Origin: Trypethelium eluteriae
Lineage: Eukaryota
DNA: 40,607 nucleotides
NCBI GenBank assembly: GCA_051942245.1
Contig: JAVECL010000018.1
Coordinates: 62,001 to 102,607 of the forward strand
Direction: 5' to 3'
Of the stretch, positions 32,738 to 40,607 are shown piece after piece. The number at the start of each line of letters is the position of its first letter. Position 1 is the first letter of the stretch. The translations under genes were made by a program, and so were the position numbers. A model generated the notes under the pieces. That model ran no database searches, was not told the origin of the DNA, and worked only from the letters and a program-made list of their open reading frames with translations.

Positions 32738-34660
32738 TCAAATAAAGCGAAACTTCTTCGCAAGCGACATACACAACACCGCAAACCCGACTATAAACCC
32801 CAGAATACCAAACCACCATGCAAGACTGTCCGACCCTTCGCCTGGCACTTTGACGTTCATGCCGAACAAACCACAGACCAGGTTCAAGGGCACCAAAATA
32901 GTCGCAAGCAGCGTGATCTTGCTCAACGTATCATTCGTGCGATTCCCCTGCGCGATCGAGTCGACCGAGATCTGCGCCAGGTAGTTGGAATGCGCCCGAC
33001 TCAGCATCTTCTCAAAGTGGCCCAGATTGCTCATCATAGTGACCACATGATCCTGAATATCGCTGAGGTACATGCCGACATCGCCACGGGGCGCGACCTC
33101 ATACTGCTCGTTGCAGCGCTTGGCGAAGCCCTTGATGACGTCCGCCTTGCCGTAGAGCAGGCGCATGAGGGTCATGACGGTCTTGCGGCAGTCGCCGATC
33201 TGCCGGAGGATCTTGGTGTAGTCCTCGAAGCGGGCGGTGAAAACCGAGTCCTCGATGGCGTCGGTCTCGTGCTCGACGTCGGTGATGACAGGCCCGAAGC
33301 TGTCGACGATGTCGTCGATGAGCGCGTAGCAGATCCAGTCGGCGGAGAGGGAGACGTAGTCGCGGAGGCGGGAGATGCGCTGGCGCACGTTGGAGGTGTG
33401 GGGCGTGGAGCGGAAGGTGAAGGTGAGGAGGCCCTCGCGGAAGACGACGGCGTAGACGTGGACGGGTTCGAGGAAGTCGTCGCTGTGCTTGTCCTTTTGG
33501 TAGAAGGAGCGGAAGCAGAGGAAGTAGTAGTTCTTGAAGAGCTCGACCTTCTCGCGGTCTTCTTGCATGAGAATGTCCTCTCGCGTGAGTCGGTGGATGT
33601 TGAATGCTTTGAAGATGACGTTCAATTCCTCTTCACTAAGATTGGCCATGTCAAGCCACCAAACACCGCCGGTATCCTCGTTTGGCTCAAATAGGTCCCG
33701 GAATGTGTCCCCTTCCATGAGCAGGTCCCCAAGATTGTTCGCATGGATTGCGTTGTCAACGTCGGAAGAAAAGAAAGACCAACGCGGTGTTTTCTGTTCG
33801 GATATCGCGCTGTCTTGACGCTCGCAAGGCTCTGCAGTCGCTGCAAGGACATCGGCGCTCTTTTCGTCCAGGTGGTCCTGCTTTTCATTGGCAACTTCAG
33901 CATCAGAGCTGTTATTTGTCTCAATGGCCCGCAAATCTCGGAAATATCTTGGGGTTTGTGGCACCAACGGCGTTCTGGGTTTGTAAGTAGCCACAAACTC
34001 ATCCAATTCTTCATAATCAATTTTGCGGTTCTTGTAATCTTCATCTTCTGAAGGTGGGAAACAAACATCTTCCTCAATGGATCCATGTTCAGAATCGTTT
34101 GGATTGTGGGTCGCAGTCTTCGGCCCTTCGCTGAAAGTCGGTCGGCGCCTGTGAGTTCCGCCAGATACAGTGCGAGTTAGGTCGAGTTCCGAAGGCTTAT
34201 TGCTATTGAAAGTTCCTGCTCGTTGGCGCCTTGGTCCTGCAAATGCATCGACGGAATTCGGAGGAGAGGAAGAACAAGAACTTCGAATCGAAGCCTTGGA
34301 TCGAATTGTTCCTTTATCACCTTGCTGACGCTTTAGAGGATCTCGTCGAGGCATAGGACTGACTGAGGTGCGTTGGTTAGACGCAGTCTGATCATGTATT
34401 GACAAGTGTCCGCTTCGATCATCATCAATGATTGCGTGTTCAAAATCGCGGGTGGCACTCATTTGGCCTTCCAATGCTGCGTTGACCTCTAGAAGATCCG
34501 GTCGGCCAGTCGCTATACTTGCAAGAGTACCCCTCCTTGTGCCGGGGATAGGTGATTCTGCTCGTGGTAGGTGATCTGGCTGATTGCGGTGATCATGTAG
34601 GTCAGAAACAGGAGTACTGAACCTCGTATTCGAGCCGTGGGATTTTGGAGTGTCTGACAT
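32738..34660 (-). CDS. CorA-family Mg2+ transporter (Alr1/Mnr2-like)
   Basis: WWLD, FNIHRLTREDI..EKVELFKNYY, DWICYALIDDIVDSF, YLSDIQDHV, GLFGMNV (GMN signature), two C-terminal TM helices. Confidence 0.95.
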   Translation of the reverse strand: MSDTPKSHGSNTRFSTPVSDLHDHRNQPDHLPRAESPIPGTRRGTLASIATGRPDLLEVNAALEGQMSATRDFEHAIIDDDRSGHLSIHDQTASNQRTSVSPMPRRDPLKRQQGDKGTIRSKASIRSSCSSSPPNSVDAFAGPRRQRAGTFNSNKPSELDLTRTVSGGTHRRRPTFSEGPKTATHNPNDSEHGSIEEDVCFPPSEDEDYKNRKIDYEELDEFVATYKPRTPLVPQTPRYFRDLRAIETNNSSDAEVANEKQDHLDEKSADVLAATAEPCERQDSAISEQKTPRWSFFSSDVDNAIHANNLGDLLMEGDTFRDLFEPNEDTGGVWWLDMANLSEEELNVIFKAFNIHRLTREDILMQEDREKVELFKNYYFLCFRSFYQKDKHSDDFLEPVHVYAVVFREGLLTFTFRSTPHTSNVRQRISRLRDYVSLSADWICYALIDDIVDSFGPVITDVEHETDAIEDSVFTARFEDYTKILRQIGDCRKTVMTLMRLLYGKADVIKGFAKRCNEQYEVAPRGDVGMYLSDIQDHVVTMMSNLGHFEKMLSRAHSNYLAQISVDSIAQGNRTNDTLSKITLLATILVPLNLVCGLFGMNVKVPGEGSDSLAWWFGILGFIVGFAVLCMSLAKKFRFI

Positions 34661-35767
34661 CTTGACTTGGTGTTTCTTGCTGAGAGGAAACAGTTTTGAG
34701 GGATTGACTTATAGTGCGATGTTGTGACTCGATGAGACGTTCGACTCAGATGCTTTGTCTCTTGACGAGGGATACCCAAAAAGGCGAGCCGGGTAAGGCT
34801 CACCGCGTAGAGACCGTCAACTTGACTGATGGCTTCGCGTAGGGAATCTCACCCCACACTAGGCCTAAAGGTGCAGATTCTATCAATGTGGTGACGATGT
34901 CCCACTCCTAGCGCAGGCCGACACCTACTGTCCAATTCGATGATAGATGTTCAAGGCTCGTATGATGTTCAGAGGTTGTTCGGCACTTAAGGGCCAGTTA
35001 AGGAGGCTTCAAGTCGCCTCCGCTAAAGACCCAGAACTTGGGTCCTAGAAGGGGGCGAATCGCAGAGAACTTGTGAACGTAGAGTCCCGCCAACTTGATG
35101 GTGTTTGTAGAAAAGCTGACTGAAGTCGGTAGGAGCTAGGCAATGGAAGGCCGCAATCCGGAGAATGTACCAGGAGCCGGGCAGACTACTGGAATACTGT
35201 CGGATACGTTGGCTTCAGCGATTGGTGAAACTGGTTCTCTGTCAAAAATAGCGGTCGGAAGCTATCGTAACTCGTGGCTGTCGGTTGTTCGCACTGGGCG
35301 ATGCCAGCGATTTGAGAGAGCGGCAGCAGGCGTTCTGTGATTACAAGGGAAGTAAGAGACCAAGAGTCTGGGTGGGCGATGTTGTGAGGCGAGTGGAAGG
35401 CCGGTTTTGTGGGTGCCAAAGGAAGAATTTGCGCTTTGGCCTGGGCTGGGCCAACGCCAAACTTAGACCTCCAATCGCCGACGCCAACCGAACGCACGAC
35501 CCAGTGAAGGCCGTTTGTGTGTCTTTGACGCGTGATTTTTGGACCTTTATATTCGTTGGGGGGCAATCGGAGTATTGCGTGTCACAGATACGGAGTGATG
35601 GAGAAGAATTCCTGGAGGAAGAAGCAAATACTGAGGACGATGACATCGAGTGCGCACTTCCCATCCCAATCCGGCTTAGTTATCTCCGTCCCTGCCCTTT
35701 AAGCCTGGTTCCTGCGCATTGGCGGCCCGCTTTGTTCAAGCAACGTCTTCACGAGATCTAGGACAAA

Positions 35768-36186
35768 ATGGCAGATCAATTATTAGAGAAAGTTCAGGAC
35801 GTGCTCGAAGGCCAGATTGTACGTCTATCGCACAACCCTTTCATCCGTATTTGAGACTGACCTTTGGCCAACAGGACTTCGAGGGCCAACGCCTCGCAGA
35901 GCTCTTGACCACTGGCGTTCTTTCCGCTACCGGGGTATGATTCGTTAGAAGAAAATGATACGAAGAGTACAAACTAAAGTCCCCGAAGGCAATCACATTC
36001 ATTCTCGGCTTCGTACTTCAAGATATTCGTCTTTCGCTTTGGACTGGACTCGGAGGCACAGCTCTTACCTTCCTCATCGTCGTACCGCCATGGCCATTTT
36101 TTAAACAACACCCATTACAGTGGCTTCCGGCGCAAGGTCAAACTGGGGGAATATCCATTGAGGTGGACGGAAAAAAAGTTAGTTGA
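35768..36186 (+). CDS. SPC1: Signal peptidase complex 12-kDa subunit (SPC12 family), 3 exons
   Basis: MADQLLEKVQDVLEGQI|DFEGQRLAELL..ATG|AITFILGFVLQDI..VVPPWPFFKQHPLQWL..KKVS*. Confidence 0.92.
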
Positions 36187-36490
36187 AAGTGTGTCACAAA
36201 TTCGCAGCATGGCGTTTGCGCGACTCGGATTGGAAAGTTAGTTGTAAGCGTGACCTATTTACAGGCCAAGCTACAGTCTCCAAAAATGGGACATCGGGAA
36301 AAATAAGATTGCTCTAACGAGCATCTATGAGCGTTACTGACGTCTCCAAAACGCCATCCCATGTGAACATATCCGTAAGGCCTCACCAAGATAGTCTCAT
36401 GCTATCCATCCTACCCATCCTCCCCAGTAGCGGACATTTTTCTTCATGATACTGTCCATCATCTTGCCAATTTGCCCAGCCTCCCGAGGT

Positions 36491-36960
<470 letters not shown>

Positions 36961-37857
36961 GATATATGTGTTCGGTCTGGGCAGTAGTCTTGGTTTCGGC
37001 GAAGAGGAAAATCAGAGTGGTGCCTAGCAGCAGGTCGAAGCTCGCAAGATAGAAACCCTGCTTTGAATGTTTGGGGAAGAAAGGAAGAATAAATTTATCA
37101 TTAACAGGTCCTTCTATCAAAAGAACCACTCACACTGTACTATTGATAACCCCCCGATGCAAGGGCAAGAGTGTGATGGAGGGGTCGAGCTGTGTGAAGA
37201 AAGAGTGAGTGCCTAAAAGAGGAAAGCGTGATGGTGAGTGGCATGTGGACGGCTGAGCCTCAATAGCGACGACTCTGCGCTGCGTCACTCCCATTGTTGC
37301 GCATTCACCTACTTCTCTACCCAACCCAACCAACAAGGACTCCATACTTCCCCCCACTACCAGCATGATCCCCTTTTTGCCGAACCTCTGTTCGTTTGAT
37401 GCTCAACGTCATTCAATGCAATCCCGAAGAAAAGAACTTTTGCTTACTGCTTTCGTCGCCAGGCTACTCCCCAGATAGGTCCATTCACAGGCATCGCACA
37501 CCTCTTCACGAATCGTCCGCGTGACGAAAGAAGATCAATCGACCATCGTTCAATATCATCATTGTTGGCGCCTCACGACCTGCACGCGCTGGGTCCGCAC
37601 AAACATTTCTATTCACATACAAACGACGCGGATAAACGCCCCTATCTCTCCGAGGGTTACCTCGTCCAAACATCACCAACGTAATCATAAATACTGTTTT
37701 CCATTCTTGGCTTCGCTCATTCTTGAGCCTGTATTCAAGGGGACGGCCTTTTCACTTTGGTACAAATTTTATTCTCTCTCGGAGTCGCCCGGTCCTAATA
37801 TCTCTACCCATTCGCACGGAGGTGCTTTCAGAGGGAATACTGCGTCCGAGAAGGTTG

Positions 37858-39486
37858 ATGGAAGGTTTTTCGGAAGCTGTTCCGCAGCTGAACCCGCAAA
37901 AGACGCGGAAACCCTCCCGACCCCGCCGTCAAAAGCGTGCCAACAGCCATCAAAATGGCATGCCCAACGGGCACGGAGGCCATTCCGACAATAACAGAAC
38001 CCCTCCCCGGGAGAACAGCCACGACCGAGCGAGACTAGTCTCCATGTCCGCTCAGCCGGGGACAGAGACTCCTTTGAAGCCTGCATATGCTGGACCGACT
38101 TTCCATGCATCACCTGCTGCATCCTCTTTACCAGTACCACGATTCGTCTCCAAATCCGTACCTACAAATGTTGAACAGCCAGGGTTGCAGGCGCGATTGA
38201 ACGAAGAGTCAGATCGTGGCGAAGGCCCGCCGTCCTCTTCGGGCACGACCCCAAAATTGGCTCCAACGGTACCTTCACAAGATCGAGGACCGACTCCAAT
38301 CGATTTCCTCCTTGACGCGGATAGAAGAGAAAAGGCCAGAGCGGGGAGTAGGGACTCTGGCTCGCACACACCGGACCGTGATCCGTTTTTCCAACAGCTC
38401 ACATCCGAATCGTCTAAAAATGATCAACTGCCCGAAAATGTCAAGGAGTTGCCTATGCATCATTCCCGCAGCCCTTCAAACAGAGGCATGTTTCCGATGG
38501 AGCTTGATGGTGCCCAAACAGAGAATTCTCGACTTGCAATTCCGCAGGGTACGCCGGATCGGTCACGCATGCCGGTTTCCCGGTCAAATACTGAACCTTC
38601 CAAATTATCTCATGCCGATAGCGAGGCGGCTGCACAGACCCTGAAAAGTATTCTAGGCGTGCCCACTAATGTGCAATCTCCTCCAGGGGCTGTGTCAAAT
38701 CCCTTCTCCAATCACGGCACTGCGTCACCTCAGCTCCACCGAAATCACTCTTCAAATCCGTCCGTTCCACTTTCAGGATCGCCTACTCCGCCCGTCACGC
38801 CTTCAGATGGGGCCAGACTCCCTCCAGCAGATCTACGCTATGGAAACCGCAACCTTTCGCCCCTTTTCCAGGCTGCGCGTGCACCCCCGCCGAACCGGCC
38901 ATCTTCGGGTTTGCGGCAGCAAGTAGAACAAGAGCCTCCACCTGCACCTGCAGAGCTACCCGCGACCAATGGACTGGCGTCACCACTCTCGGCTCATGGT
39001 CCACAGCAAAATACATCTCCACCCCCAAATCCTCATTTTGACGTTAGAGCATTCTCACGCGCATACTTGGATAAGCAGATCCAGGCTGCGAACCCGACAA
39101 TGCCTTCGATATCTCTTCCATCTCACGCTGGGAATTCGGACCAGTCGATTTCAAATGCTGTTCCTTCCGCATCTCTTGGTCGCGAGCCATCTCCTTTCAA
39201 TTCCCCTTCTCCTGCTTCTGCATCTTCCAGTCAGCAAGACGTTTTGGCATCTGGCTTCATTCATCGCGATATTTTTCCTGCATCTCACTCCGACAAGGCT
39301 GAAAATAAGGGAGCGTCTGGACCCGACCACCGCTTGCACAACGCAGCGACGGCTGCACCTAATGGGTCACCAGTCCAGACACGATCAAATCATACGCAGG
39401 ATGTGAAGACGATGGAGGATAGTTTACGCAAGATCTTGAATTTGCATGCGGTAGGTAGTCAAGACGGATCGGCGCATCCACAGTGA
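37858..39486 (+). CDS. Disordered Pro/Ser-rich protein with Edc1/PNRC-type decapping-activator motif
   Basis: First ATG of the long ORF is at 37858. YAGPTFHASPAASSLPVPRF matches the YAG..F/LPxP motif; C-terminal MEDSLRKILNL is a helical Leu-rich motif. Confidence 0.8.
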   Translation: MEGFSEAVPQLNPQKTRKPSRPRRQKRANSHQNGMPNGHGGHSDNNRTPPRENSHDRARLVSMSAQPGTETPLKPAYAGPTFHASPAASSLPVPRFVSKSVPTNVEQPGLQARLNEESDRGEGPPSSSGTTPKLAPTVPSQDRGPTPIDFLLDADRREKARAGSRDSGSHTPDRDPFFQQLTSESSKNDQLPENVKELPMHHSRSPSNRGMFPMELDGAQTENSRLAIPQGTPDRSRMPVSRSNTEPSKLSHADSEAAAQTLKSILGVPTNVQSPPGAVSNPFSNHGTASPQLHRNHSSNPSVPLSGSPTPPVTPSDGARLPPADLRYGNRNLSPLFQAARAPPPNRPSSGLRQQVEQEPPPAPAELPATNGLASPLSAHGPQQNTSPPPNPHFDVRAFSRAYLDKQIQAANPTMPSISLPSHAGNSDQSISNAVPSASLGREPSPFNSPSPASASSSQQDVLASGFIHRDIFPASHSDKAENKGASGPDHRLHNAATAAPNGSPVQTRSNHTQDVKTMEDSLRKILNLHAVGSQDGSAHPQ

Positions 39487-40607
39487 TATGACAGTGCTGG
39501 ATTTCGTTTTCATGGAATCTATGTCTCTCTGGAATTAAAGAGATTTCTCACGGCGCTGGTGCTTTGGTTCGTTTAGGACGTGACTACGGTCATATCAGTT
39601 TTTTTCATTCCACTTTTCTTGATGTTTCCATAGCGACTGCATGTAGCCTGCGCGTCGGTCTGGCGTTCTGCATATGCTGAACTCGCGTATCTATTTTGTC
39701 TTCCCTGCAAGGGTTCGCTTTCGCATAAGGTTCAATGGCGAGAGCACTCTCGCATTGGATTCTGTCTCTTTCAGGATCGGACCATGATGTTCCTTTATGT
39801 TTTTCTGTGCGTGACCATCTGGTCATCTCGATGGTTTCCGAGCACGGCTAAGGCCTCATCTTCTGATGTTCACAAGACCGGATGGTCTTCTCTCTTGCGG
39901 AGGACTAAGCGACGCAGGGATTGTGACCTGTTGCCGTTGGGTCTTCTCTCTGGTATTTACGCCAGTAATATTAGGCTGGGAAGTCTACTTTGCGTTTACA
40001 GTTACCAGGACATTGTGGGCGCCCTGGGACTCTCGTGGAAATAGGGATGCTGGAGGGCGGACGAATACTACAGGACAACAATTCCTGATGTTTTCATGGA
40101 GGAAGTCGACAGAAATGGGAGAGTTCGATGGTGCGCGATGGATGATGAGTGAAAGATATAAAAGCAGAAAAAAGACCAGGTCTAGATAGCTGCCAACACA
40201 TGCTGTTTAGTCCTGACGAATCCTGTGCTGCCAGTTCAGCTCTTAATCGCAACCGAGTCGTTAAACCTAGAGCTGGGAAAATGTTGATCATAGATTACAC
40301 GCTTGACGCCAAACCTTCGCGACACACACCTGATCAAGTAGCCAGAGATAACAGGCTGCGATGTCCATCTTGATTGCTGCCCAAGCACCCAGGGGTAAGC
40401 TATGCTATCAAAAGGTTCGGAGGTGATCGGCGAGCCGCATCGACCCAGGAGCAGGGTTTGCCGAAATCCGGGGAAGCTGGTCAAGCTTTTAATTTCATAC
40501 CCCTCCTCTGCTCTCTTCCACCCTCAATTCACTCATTCCTCCTCTCTATAACCATGGATCGACCCATCGTCCGTCTTGCCCCTCTTTTACGACCTCATCG
40601 CTCACCC

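Noticed and set aside
32990..33694. 234-aa plus-strand ORF
   Set aside because: Antisense shadow of the GC3-rich part of the CorA gene.
35143..35761. ORFs upstream of SPC1
   Set aside because: Mostly non-ATG starts, no recognisable domain; CorA/SPC1 divergent promoter region.
37519..37527. GCGTGACGA near-match to the cluster palindrome (also CCGTGACGA near 1413)
   Set aside because: One-mismatch copies are expected by chance. This also means the mismatched in-cluster copies are weak evidence.
40554..40607. Possible gene start (accATGG after a CT-rich tract)
   Set aside because: Only 18 codons before the window edge; cannot be supported.

Overview
Intron-containing genomic DNA of a filamentous ascomycete (Pezizomycotina; GT-AG introns with CTRAC branch points). 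Two blocks of housekeeping genes flank an accessory island at about 16.7-32 kb. The left block is ALE1, CWC27 and two divergent small Myb/SANT-like genes; the right block is a CorA/ALR1 Mg transporter, SPC1, RBX1 and an Edc1/PNRC-like decapping factor. The island holds two things. (i) A six-gene sugar or sugar-acid catabolic cluster (MFS transporter, aldo-keto reductase, two SDRs, class II aldolase, Zn2Cys6 regulator) that appears to be decaying: the regulator has two nonsense codons, one SDR has an internal deletion, and the AKR has Asn at the catalytic Lys. Several of its promoters share the palindrome TCGTNACGA. (ii) A candidate cell-death/amyloid-signalling locus: a frameshifted HeLo-like gene ending in two HET-s-like amyloid repeats, convergent with a HeLo-like/ankyrin gene, next to a small P-loop kinase. 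The left edge carries an arylsulfotransferase, a phenol-type FAD monooxygenase and a methyltransferase. All family assignments are from motif recognition by eye; no searches were run.
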